Source of the DNA: a virus
Virus record (IMG/VR): IMGVR_UViG_3300011113_000664
Span: 1 to 64,000 of that record
Reading direction: 5' to 3' (one strand)
Length of the DNA stretch: 64,000 nt
Of the stretch, positions 46,774-54,946 are shown one piece after another. Each line of letters begins with the position of its first letter. The first letter of the stretch is position 1. The notes under the pieces are model-generated. The model did not search any database, was not told where the DNA came from, and saw nothing but the letters and a program-made list of their open reading frames with translations. The translations under genes and the position numbers were made by a program.

Positions 46774-46795
46774 ATCTCAAATATAATACGTTTTT

Positions 46796-47335
46796 TTATT
46801 CCCAATAAATATTTTCTCCTCTTTTATAATATTTTAGATTCTCTCTTGCTTTTTCATCAACAAAATGTTTATCACTATAGATAACATAATTGTTTGGTAA
46901 TAGAGCAAATTGACCTGAATCTAATTGTATAAGATTTAATGGTTTATGTTCTTGTGGATATCTTGAATAACCATCTGTCCAATCAATAACAATACCTGTG
47001 TGTCTACCTTTTGTTTTTATTGGTCTTAAAGTTTCAGCTTGAAGACCTTCAAGCATGGTTGAATAAAATGTTTCCATATTATCACCCATTGATGTCCAAG
47101 GCATTAAATCTTTTCTATCAATAGAAAAATCTTCAGTTGTAGATAATGCGTGAATAGGTAAACCACTCCAATTAGCACCTGACTCTAAAAGTACATGGCA
47201 CATTAATGTTTGATATTCCCTACAGTATATACCATGCCAAACACCTTTAGTATAACCTTTAGGCATATTTGAACCTAAAAATTCATTCTTTACATTTACA
47301 TAAAAATGAAAAGGTAGGTTTGCGTGTTTACCCAT
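46796..47335 (-). CDS. Conserved hypothetical phage protein
   Basis: LPIHAL, EHK, GQFALLPNN. Confidence 0.7.
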   Translation of the reverse strand: MGKHANLPFHFYVNVKNEFLGSNMPKGYTKGVWHGIYCREYQTLMCHVLLESGANWSGLPIHALSTTEDFSIDRKDLMPWTSMGDNMETFYSTMLEGLQAETLRPIKTKGRHTGIVIDWTDGYSRYPQEHKPLNLIQLDSGQFALLPNNYVIYSDKHFVDEKARENLKYYKRGENIYWE

Positions 47336-47337
47336 AT

Positions 47338-47805
47338 TTAAAATGGCACATATTTAGTTCCAAGAACCCCTTTTTTTGCTCTTAGAATTTGACCTCTTTG
47401 TGTACCATCTACTTTATATGAAACATGAACCCAATCAGGATTTGTTTCATTACCGAACTCCCAAATGAGTTGGTCAAACTTTAAATTGTCTTTAATCCAA
47501 TTAAAGATTTCAGTATTAGTAACTTTAGAACCTGTATTATCCATATCAATATCCATAGCTTCTCCTGACGAATGTTGAGATGTTTTGGATGCTCCTGGAG
47601 TTACTTTATTTAAAGCAGCACTTCTATATCCTGATGAGATATAGATTGGTGAATTGAAATGTCTTCTGATAGGTTCAAATATTTTTTCAGCCAATACTTT
47701 CATATTTTCAATGTGTTGTTCTGTTGGTTGATTACTGACACCTTTTCTTTTTGCTGTTTCACTCCTTGTCATTTCATGGAGTGTTAAGTGTTTAGATAAA
47801 TTCAT
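47338..47805 (-). CDS. Peptidase M15A (candidate endolysin)
   Basis: SSGYRS..N...SQH..GEAMD...WVHVS; CTACTTAT upstream. Confidence 0.85.
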   Translation of the reverse strand: MNLSKHLTLHEMTRSETAKRKGVSNQPTEQHIENMKVLAEKIFEPIRRHFNSPIYISSGYRSAALNKVTPGASKTSQHSSGEAMDIDMDNTGSKVTNTEIFNWIKDNLKFDQLIWEFGNETNPDWVHVSYKVDGTQRGQILRAKKGVLGTKYVPF

Positions 47806-47834
47806 AACTTTTATATAAGTAGTTATGAATTATT

Positions 47835-48041
47835 TCATACTTTACCTTTGATTAATACTAATCTTTCATATAAACATTTTAAATAAGTTTCCATAGCGGA
47901 TAATTGTATTTGTAATAAACCTTGCTGATGGAAATCAAGTTGATTAAATGCTCCTGTAAATAAAAATATTTTAAGTTTTTCAACTTTTTCTTCTAATGAA
48001 ACTTTTTCATCAAGAAGTCTTGTATAAAAATTATTTTCCAT
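47835..48041 (-). CDS. Small coiled-coil phage protein (crAss001_48-like)
   Basis: LLQIQLSAMETYLKCLYERL. Confidence 0.65.
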   Translation of the reverse strand: MENNFYTRLLDEKVSLEEKVEKLKIFLFTGAFNQLDFHQQGLLQIQLSAMETYLKCLYERLVLIKGKV

Positions 48042-48180
48042 ATAGTTTTCTTTTAATGTATTTTTTAATACCTAAACATTTAATCACATAGAGTTCAATA
48101 CGAAACCATCTCTTTAACTTAACCGACCAATGCTCTTTTTTCATTTGGTCAAGTATGCTTTGAAATGTTTCGTTTCTCAT
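48031..48180 (-). CDS. Hypothetical protein (49 aa)
   Basis: Start reassigned to ATG 48180, just after the tRNA-like gene. Confidence 0.5.
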   Translation of the reverse strand: MRNETFQSILDQMKKEHWSVKLKRWFRIELYVIKCLGIKKYIKRKLYGK

Positions 48181-48183
48181 TTG

Positions 48184-48274
48184 TTGGTAGGATGGGATTT
48201 GAACCCATATCATTGTTGAGCCTCTTTTCTAAAGTTTTTTTGAGTCAACCGCTTCGCCATTCAGCCACCTACCA
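48184..48274 (-). tRNA. tRNA-like gene with a 25 nt anticodon loop
   Basis: Acceptor TGGTAGG/CCTACCA, T arm ATGGG-TTCAAAT-CCCAT, anticodon stem GTTGA/TCAAC. Confidence 0.7.
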
Positions 48275-48276
48275 AT

Positions 48277-48386
48277 TTGCTTGTCTTTCCAAGCGGTCAT
48301 CTGTTTTCCCCTATTAGCCCAAATCATCAAAGGGGTATGAAATGGATTTTGTTTGGTGCTTTCGCTTTCCACAGAAAACCAACACA
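48277..48386 (-). ncRNA. Putative structured RNA within the tRNA cluster
   Basis: GGTTTTCTGT/ACAGATGACC stem, GC-GAAA-GC, CCCCT/AGGGG, 3' GCTTG-GAAAGA-CAAGC. Confidence 0.5.
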
Positions 48387-48387
48387 G

Positions 48388-48485
48388 TAGCCTCGCTAGG
48401 AATCGAACCTAGAAGAATTGCTTCTCTCTCCATTCCTCAGAATGGAATGAGAAGGCAATCAGTATATCCATTTACTTACAAGGCC
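48388..48485 (-). tRNA. tRNA-Arg(TCT)-like gene with a 26 nt hairpin insertion in the anticodon loop
   Basis: Acceptor GGCCTTG/CGAGGCT, D arm AGTA/TACT, ATTGC-CTTCT[26 nt]AA-GCAAT, T arm CTAGG-TTCGATT-CCTAG. Confidence 0.75.
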
Positions 48486-48490
48486 ATTAG

Positions 48491-48574
48491 TATCAGGAGA
48501 GGGAGTCGAACCCTCACGGCATTGCTGCCAATGGATTTTAAGTCCATAGTGTCTACCTATTCCACCATCCCGAC
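48491..48574 (-). tRNA. tRNA-Leu(TAA)
   Basis: ATGGA-CTTAAAA-TCCAT anticodon arm, long variable arm GGCA-GCAA-TGCC, GAGGG-TTCGACT-CCCTC; TATATTTG promoter at about 48592. Confidence 0.92.
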
Positions 48575-48637
48575 ATATTGTTTTCACAATTCAAATATAA
48601 GACTTTTTTTTGATTCTAACTATTTAAAGAAAAAAAG

Positions 48638-48979
48638 ATGAAAAAAGTTTTAGTTACTGAATCTCAATTAAGAACAATGGTTCGTAAAATGTTAATGGAA
48701 CAACCTGCAATGGGTGGTACACCTGTTGGTGGTACAGGATTTGCAGGAACTTCAAGTTTAACAACTAATGCTGCTAAACAATCTACCACATTACAATCTC
48801 AAAGAAATAAACAACAACAAACTACGTTATCAAATGTTAAAAACCTTAATCAACTTAACGGTCAGTTTTTAAACTTAATGAATGGTGTTAGTAAAGATAC
48901 ACTTGGTCCTGGAAAAATGACTAAACAAACTTTGATTACTAATTTTGGTAAATTACTTACAGATTTAGGTTATAAGTAA
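48638..48979 (+). CDS. Late protein with VTESQL tag
   Basis: MKKVLVTESQLRTMVRKMLME; CTATTTAA at 48620. Confidence 0.75.
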   Translation: MKKVLVTESQLRTMVRKMLMEQPAMGGTPVGGTGFAGTSSLTTNAAKQSTTLQSQRNKQQQTTLSNVKNLNQLNGQFLNLMNGVSKDTLGPGKMTKQTLITNFGKLLTDLGYK

Positions 48980-49647
48980 TCAAAACTATGACCATTATGG
49001 ACAAATGGTAGATTTTCCCCATCCTTAACGCAGGATACATTTGCAAATATTGTTTTATATTCTACAAATTTAAATGTACCATTATTTAGATTATCTTGAT
49101 TATCATGGATATGACCAAATATGTGATATTTAGGTTGTATCTTTAATACTCTTTTAAGTAATGCAGAACAACCTACATGTTCACTTACATGTCTATCTCT
49201 TGATGCGGAATCTAATATACCTTTAGGAGGACCGTGTGTAATTAAAATATCAATATCATCAGGTATTGTATCCCAAATTCTTCCAATTTTATTTCTTGCA
49301 CGATTAAATGCCCAATTACAAAACTCAGGAGTATAAGGAGAACCAAATATTTTAATTCCTTCTATCTCAACTAATTCATGTTCAAGATAAATAATATTTC
49401 TATTTTTAAAATCTTCTTTGTTAATGAATCTACTTTCAATAGAAGTATCATGATTACCTGCAATAATCACTTTATATTTAACAGGTTGTTGTTCTAACCA
49501 AATTAAAAATAAATTAACTTCATTATGATTTAATGCAGGACTTTTTACATTTGAAAAATCTCCTGCATGAATAATCATATCCGTACCTTCAGGTATTTGA
49601 ACCTGCTCATGTCTTCCATGAGTGTCTGAGACTGCAAAAATTTTCAT
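48970..49647 (-). CDS. Calcineurin-like metallophosphoesterase
   Basis: SDTH, HAGD, GNHD, THGPP, GHIH. Confidence 0.9.
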   Translation of the reverse strand: MKIFAVSDTHGRHEQVQIPEGTDMIIHAGDFSNVKSPALNHNEVNLFLIWLEQQPVKYKVIIAGNHDTSIESRFINKEDFKNRNIIYLEHELVEIEGIKIFGSPYTPEFCNWAFNRARNKIGRIWDTIPDDIDILITHGPPKGILDSASRDRHVSEHVGCSALLKRVLKIQPKYHIFGHIHDNQDNLNNGTFKFVEYKTIFANVSCVKDGENLPFVHNGHSFDYL

Positions 49648-49690
49648 AAAGCAAATATAACTTAACTATTTATAAAAAAATAAAGTTTTC

Positions 49691-49933
49691 ATGAAAAAAG
49701 TAAGAATTACAGAATCTCAATTAAGAGGATTGGTTAGAAGAATGATTAAAGAAGAAAGATATCCAAATATGTGGTATGATAATTTATTAGGTGTAGAAAA
49801 TTTAAATAAATATCCACAAGATTTTATTGATTGGTTAAATCAAGAAGATACTTGGGCTGAGACTTATGTTCAAAAATACAGAATAAAAAAACTTATAGAT
49901 TTATTTGATATGTGGGTTAATGAAAGATATTAA
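49691..49933 (+). CDS. Late protein with ITESQL tag (tandem copy 1)
   Basis: MKKVRITESQLRGLVRRMIKEE; CTATTTAT at 49667. Confidence 0.8.
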   Translation: MKKVRITESQLRGLVRRMIKEERYPNMWYDNLLGVENLNKYPQDFIDWLNQEDTWAETYVQKYRIKKLIDLFDMWVNERY

Positions 49934-49938
49934 ACCAT

Positions 49939-50001
49939 TTAAAACGGATTACCAATATACTCAACAACTTCATGAGTATCTGAGATTGCAAAGATTTTCA
50001 T
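49939..50001 (-). pseudogene. Chimeric 20-codon junction ORF (duplication scar 1)
   Basis: MKIFAISDTH-EVVEYIGNPF = start of 49647 fused to end of 51392. Confidence 0.8.
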
Positions 50002-50042
50002 AATGCAAATATAAATTAACTATTTATAAAAAAGAAATTTTT

Positions 50043-50627
50043 ATGAAAAAAGTAAGAATTACAGAATCTCAATTAAGAGGATTGGTTAAGAAAATGATTA
50101 AAGAAAATGTAGAAACATCAAGTATACCCACAATAATTAAATATTATAACCAAAGCGATAATAATACACTTAAACAAAAAATATCAAATTATGGTAACTC
50201 AAGATTGCCTGAAAATCCTAATCATAAACAGTTATATGATTTTTTAAATAAAATTGGTGATAAGAATAAATTAGAAATTATAAAAAAGATGTTAGAAAGG
50301 GATATTCAAAAGAAATCTATCACAGAATCTCAATTAAGAGGAATTGTTAAAAGAATGATTAAAGAAGAAATGTCTGAAGAAATATTAACTGAGGGAAATT
50401 GGTCAAAAATTATGAAAGGTGTAAGAAATGGGGAAGCCCCTTTTTCAATTATTGCATTTGAAAATAATTGGCCTAAACCAAAAATTTTAGGTCAAGAAAT
50501 TGGTATTCAAATTATTGATGCAATACCTGCTTATTATGAAGAAATGAAAAGAAAATATCCTAAAGCTAGTAAAATTTCTATTGAAGATGGGGGTGGGCAA
50601 GTTGTTTATGTAGAAAAACTTTATTAA
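50043..50627 (+). CDS. Late protein with two ITESQL tags (tandem copy 2)
   Basis: Tag at the N-terminus and again internally (SITESQLRGIVKRMIKEE). Confidence 0.8.
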   Translation: MKKVRITESQLRGLVKKMIKENVETSSIPTIIKYYNQSDNNTLKQKISNYGNSRLPENPNHKQLYDFLNKIGDKNKLEIIKKMLERDIQKKSITESQLRGIVKRMIKEEMSEEILTEGNWSKIMKGVRNGEAPFSIIAFENNWPKPKILGQEIGIQIIDAIPAYYEEMKRKYPKASKISIEDGGGQVVYVEKLY

Positions 50628-50686
50628 AACGGATTATCTAAATACTCAACAACTTCATGAGTATCTGAAATTGCAAAAATTTTCAT
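50624..50686 (-). pseudogene. Chimeric 20-codon junction ORF (duplication scar 2)
   Basis: MKIFAISDTH-EVVEYLDNPF. Confidence 0.8.
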
Positions 50687-50729
50687 AATGCAAATATAAC
50701 TTAACTATTTATAAAAAAATAAATTTAAT

Positions 50730-51389
50730 ATGAAAAAAGTAAGAATTACAGAATCCCAATTAAAAGGATTGATTAGAAGAATGATTAAAGAAGAAACTAA
50801 AAAAAACTTAATAAGTGAAGTTTATTTTAGTGATACTGATAGAGCATATATAGGTAGAACTGATGCTTATTATTCAGATGAAGACGATGAATCGGTATAT
50901 TCACCTGATTATTGGACATATTCAACTGATATGAATGATAGTGATTTTGCACAAGATGGTGACCTTTATCAATTAAGTAATGCTGGTAAAGAAATTATTA
51001 ATTCTTGGTTGGAATATAAAGGGTACAATGAATACCAAAGAATGAACGCTAGAAGGAGTGGTGCATCTAATCCTATTATGAGTATGAGTAATGAACAATT
51101 GTGGGATTATTTAACAACAGACAGAAGATATTCAAAGCAACTTAGAAAGGGATATATTGGAGAAGAAATGGAAATGTCTCAAAAGCCTGAAAAATTTATG
51201 AGTTTAAAAATAAAAGGTAATAAAATTATGGCTCACGAACCTTATTTTGGAAAAGATACATGGGTTGCAAGCATATATCATGACCAAAAAAGAATTAAAC
51301 CTACTCATGGTTATTTCATGCCTCATAAATATGGCAAAATGAGTAAAAAATATGCCGATAGTATTGGTTATGAATTTGACAATAGTTAA
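50730..51389 (+). CDS. Late protein with ITESQL tag (tandem copy 3)
   Basis: MKKVRITESQLKGLIRRMIKEE; CTATTTAT at 50705. Confidence 0.8.
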   Translation: MKKVRITESQLKGLIRRMIKEETKKNLISEVYFSDTDRAYIGRTDAYYSDEDDESVYSPDYWTYSTDMNDSDFAQDGDLYQLSNAGKEIINSWLEYKGYNEYQRMNARRSGASNPIMSMSNEQLWDYLTTDRRYSKQLRKGYIGEEMEMSQKPEKFMSLKIKGNKIMAHEPYFGKDTWVASIYHDQKRIKPTHGYFMPHKYGKMSKKYADSIGYEFDNS

Positions 51390-51391
51390 TT

Positions 51392-52780
51392 CTAAAACGG
51401 ATTATCTAAATACTCAACAACTTCATAGTTATGTTCACCAAAAGGGTCATTTGTTGACCCTTTTATTTTGCTTATATATTTCTTTTCTTTTTTATTTACC
51501 TCATTTATAGCATCCTGCAACTTAGTCATAAGTTCATTTGGTACACTTGAGTTAGCATAACCTTTGAATTGGTTTATTCTATAAATTTCTTTATTATAAT
51601 CATCAAGCCAATTATATTTACCAAAACTTATTTCAGCAGTATATCTTTTTTCATTATACTCTGTTGTTAAGATACAACAATCGCCTCTATTGATATTATC
51701 TGAATAGGAGTTAACGCAATGCTTTTGAGTAAGTCCTTCAAATAAAAGGTCTTTACCATCTTTAATCATTTTAAATTCTTTTGGTAAATACTTTTCCAAG
51801 ATAAGATATTTATCATCAACATGGATTTCTTTTACTTTCATTTTATCAAGATTTTCCAATAAGATTCTATCATGTTGTTCTTTGATATTATCTTTATTCA
51901 AAGAGAAGTTAATCTTTTGACCAACATCATTTGCCATCTTGATTAAATCATCAAAATATGTTTGATAATCAGTAGTTTTCTTTGCTATGTTTTTATATTC
52001 TAAAAATTTATCAACATAATTGATTGGGTTTTTAAATATAGGTGCAACTGACATTATCTCATAGATATCATCAAAGGATAAACCTGCAAATTGTTTATGT
52101 GATAATGGTTCATCAATTGTTTTAATTTTATTAATAAACTGTTGAAGACTTGAGCAAGAACCATATGATGATTTGGAAAAGTTATTTTGAGAAGTTAATG
52201 CTGTATTATTTCTTGCTTTTTTTCTTTCCAAATGATTTTCACACCACTCATTCTTTTTATTATTAAAAAGAAGTTTTTTACTTAAATTAATAATATCATT
52301 ATTTATATTGATACCAAAATAATTAAAAGGGAATTTTTTAATATTTGATAATGAAAGCCATACTGCTTTATTCGATGTTGGTAGATTAAATTTTATTGCA
52401 CCACTTGGTGAAATAAATACAAATGAAACATTCTTTTTGCTAGGATAGCAGAGATATTCATAACCTTGTTTTCTCATTTGAAGATGTTCACCTGCAAAAG
52501 AAAGTCTTTTCATTTTAAACTGTGTTATAGTTAAAATAATTGAATATCCCTTTTCAGTTACATTGCAAAATGCACTATAAAAAATATTATGAGTATTATC
52601 TTCACCAATCTTTAAATATTTTTTATAATTATTATATCTTAACTCATACTTATTAGTTTCATCAATAATAGTTACATCATCATTAATCGCATTTGTATTT
52701 GCTTCTTTAGCAAAATTATACATGCGACCATAGAGTTCAAAAGCAAGGTCTGAAATTGGAAAACGAAGGTTATTGTTCAT
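51392..52780 (-). CDS. PcfJ-domain protein
   Basis: Y.D...MA, HD, EGLTQKHCVNSY, QFKGYAN; start reassigned to ATG 52780. Confidence 0.75.
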   Translation of the reverse strand: MNNNLRFPISDLAFELYGRMYNFAKEANTNAINDDVTIIDETNKYELRYNNYKKYLKIGEDNTHNIFYSAFCNVTEKGYSIILTITQFKMKRLSFAGEHLQMRKQGYEYLCYPSKKNVSFVFISPSGAIKFNLPTSNKAVWLSLSNIKKFPFNYFGININNDIINLSKKLLFNNKKNEWCENHLERKKARNNTALTSQNNFSKSSYGSCSSLQQFINKIKTIDEPLSHKQFAGLSFDDIYEIMSVAPIFKNPINYVDKFLEYKNIAKKTTDYQTYFDDLIKMANDVGQKINFSLNKDNIKEQHDRILLENLDKMKVKEIHVDDKYLILEKYLPKEFKMIKDGKDLLFEGLTQKHCVNSYSDNINRGDCCILTTEYNEKRYTAEISFGKYNWLDDYNKEIYRINQFKGYANSSVPNELMTKLQDAINEVNKKEKKYISKIKGSTNDPFGEHNYEVVEYLDNPF

Positions 52781-52846
52781 AGGATTTTTAAGTTTATGCA
52801 AAGATAAAAAAAGCCTCTGAAATTTTCAAAGGCTTTGTAAAAAAAA

Positions 52847-53053
52847 TTAAACTTTTAATATAGTGTACCTTCTTCTATAGACTAAAACTGAATTTGACCT
52901 TTCATCAAGTTCATAATATCTTTCACCATTTGTGGTAACACAAGAACCTGTAAATTCATCATCTTCTCTTATAAAATTTTTTATTTTGGGTCGAAGATTA
53001 TTTTTTATAATTCCTTGTCTACCTAATATTCTTGATATAGTAAGTAATTTCAT
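52847..53053 (-). CDS. Hypothetical protein
   Basis: Overlapping operon position. Confidence 0.55.
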   Translation of the reverse strand: MKLLTISRILGRQGIIKNNLRPKIKNFIREDDEFTGSCVTTNGERYYELDERSNSVLVYRRRYTILKV

Positions 53054-53601
53054 TCACCTTCAAGCCTTTTTCTTTCGCTTTCTAAATCCCTGTTGATAGC
53101 TTTATCAGTATCAAACTTTTCAGGATAACGAACCATTAGTTTATTAATATTATTTGTTAATGATTGATAGAAGTCAAAGTTAAGATAAGTAGATAGAATA
53201 AATATTTTAATAATTATCATTGGAATATTCTTTTTCGGTTTCAATGATAATTTCATTAAATCAATTAAAATATTTACATACCCTTCATCTGTATAAGATG
53301 GTTTTTGGCTTTCTAATAATGCTTCAGGCATTACAGGTAAAGCTATCTTATTGATTCTGCAATAGTTAACTGCGTAAAAAAGCGTGTCTCCGATTAACTC
53401 TTCTTGAAGATTCACATAATCAATATCCTTTTTATATGCAATCTTTTTCTTATACACATCAATTGCTTCAGCAAGTTCTGTAATCAACCCCATTTTCATG
53501 TGGAGATTATTTAGTTTTTTCTTACCCAAATCAGCGCAAGTTCTTGCTGCAAATTTTTGATACTGCTTTAAAGAAGAGATTTTGTTTTCTAGTTTATTCA
53601 T
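53050..53601 (-). CDS. MazG-like nucleotide pyrophosphohydrolase
   Basis: GLITELAEAIDVYKK, EELIGDTLFY, NINKLMVRYPEKF. Confidence 0.8.
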   Translation of the reverse strand: MNKLENKISSLKQYQKFAARTCADLGKKKLNNLHMKMGLITELAEAIDVYKKKIAYKKDIDYVNLQEELIGDTLFYAVNYCRINKIALPVMPEALLESQKPSYTDEGYVNILIDLMKLSLKPKKNIPMIIIKIFILSTYLNFDFYQSLTNNINKLMVRYPEKFDTDKAINRDLESERKRLEGE

Positions 53602-53845
53602 TTTCTTTTAATTTATTTAATACGAAATCAATTGTTAAAAAATCATCCACAATAACTTTTTTAACTTGTTTATCTTTTTTCATATAAACAATATAAAGTT
53701 GGTGGTTTATTACATCGTTAAATATACGACAATAAATTTTATTATCATCCAATTTTTCAGGACTTGTTATTTTATAAAGGGAAGTTGGGGAAACCCAATA
53801 GTATTCCCCAATTTTTATTTCTCCTGAATTTTTTAGTTTTTCCAT
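53594..53845 (-). CDS. Hypothetical protein
   Basis: Operon position. Confidence 0.6.
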   Translation of the reverse strand: MEKLKNSGEIKIGEYYWVSPTSLYKITSPEKLDDNKIYCRIFNDVINHQLYIVYMKKDKQVKKVIVDDFLTIDFVLNKLKENE

Positions 53846-54483
53846 TAAAAACCAAATGCAGCAAGGCTATGTTGAAATGGATTTTCCTCAATGTTTTTAA
53901 CGCACTCAAGCATTTCTGCTACCACTTCTCTTGTTTCTTGTTGAGCATCCGGTTTTAATCTAAGATTACAAAGGTGAACAAATGCTTGAAAAGAACCTGT
54001 CCAAATAAATGTAGTATTCAAATTCAATGGTAAGATTGTTCTTGCCTGTTCTTTTGAAGTTCCAAGTTCAATAAGTTTTTCATAAGCCTTTTTACAACGG
54101 TCAATAATATCAGCTTCAATAATAGAAGCCATTTCTTGGTTCTCAATAACACCTTCACTACCTTGTTTAGAAGATGTAGATTGTTTTCTCCATTCTGTTA
54201 CGGTTGTATATGTATCAGAAAAATCTACATATCTACCTGAAATAGAATTAGCTGCCCAACCAACCTGATGTTTAAATAATTGTCTTTCAACATAGATTGG
54301 ACAATTAATTCTAAATTGTAAAGTACAATGTCTAAATGGTGAAGTATGACCATGTTTGACAAGATAATTAATTAATTTAATATCTTTTTCGGTGAATTCA
54401 TCAACCTGTTTTCCATAACTTACTCTCGCTGTGTTAGTTATGGTCAAGTCACTTCCAAAGTGGGATAGGAGTTCTGCTTTCAT
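53845..54483 (-). CDS. thyX: FAD-dependent thymidylate synthase
   Basis: ARVSY, HTSPF, RQLFKHQ..NSISGRY, EQARTILP, LR...AQ.E.R. Confidence 0.92.
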   Translation of the reverse strand: MKAELLSHFGSDLTITNTARVSYGKQVDEFTEKDIKLINYLVKHGHTSPFRHCTLQFRINCPIYVERQLFKHQVGWAANSISGRYVDFSDTYTTVTEWRKQSTSSKQGSEGVIENQEMASIIEADIIDRCKKAYEKLIELGTSKEQARTILPLNLNTTFIWTGSFQAFVHLCNLRLKPDAQQETREVVAEMLECVKNIEENPFQHSLAAFGF

Positions 54484-54532
54484 AATGCAAATATAAAAGA
54501 AACCTCCTGATTTTTCAAGAGTTTTTAAAAAA

Positions 54533-54883
54533 TTAGTTCATAATATTTTCTTTAAAATTTAAAAAACTATTATACAAGTCATTGGTTGTATATTTTTTTA
54601 AGATTTTATATGGTTTTCTTTTGTCGATTTCAATCAATTCAGATACTGACCAAGGATTTGGTATATTAGGTTTGCCTTGTTTATTAAATTCTAAAAAACA
54701 ACTAAAGATAATTGGTTTTTCTGATAAATATGTAAAATGAAATTGTCTTGGTCCAACTTGTTTAAAAGACCAATCTTGTTCTTGGTCTACAATTTGTTTA
54801 ATTTTTCTAACATCTTGTATTGCATCATATGTTGTATATTCCAATTCTTCTTTAATTATTTTTTTTATAATTGATTTAATCAT
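54533..54883 (-). CDS. Late protein with IIKEE tag
   Basis: MIKSIIKKIIKEELE; CTATTTAC upstream. Confidence 0.7.
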   Translation of the reverse strand: MIKSIIKKIIKEELEYTTYDAIQDVRKIKQIVDQEQDWSFKQVGPRQFHFTYLSEKPIIFSCFLEFNKQGKPNIPNPWSVSELIEIDKRKPYKILKKYTTNDLYNSFLNFKENIMN

Positions 54884-54946
54884 AAATATTTTAATGTAAA
54901 TAGATTAGGATAACAAATAAAATACGCTATTTATGAAAAAAGATAA

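Noticed and set aside
48342-48641. 99 aa plus-strand ORF
   Set aside because: Antisense to the tRNA genes; a shadow ORF.
49691-51389. Diversity-generating retroelement
   Set aside because: No reverse transcriptase, and no template/variable repeat pair with adenine-specific changes.
54230-54290. ThyX lacking the RHRxxS motif as a pseudogene
   Set aside because: The KHQ...SGRY variant keeps the catalytic Ser and Arg, and the frame is intact.
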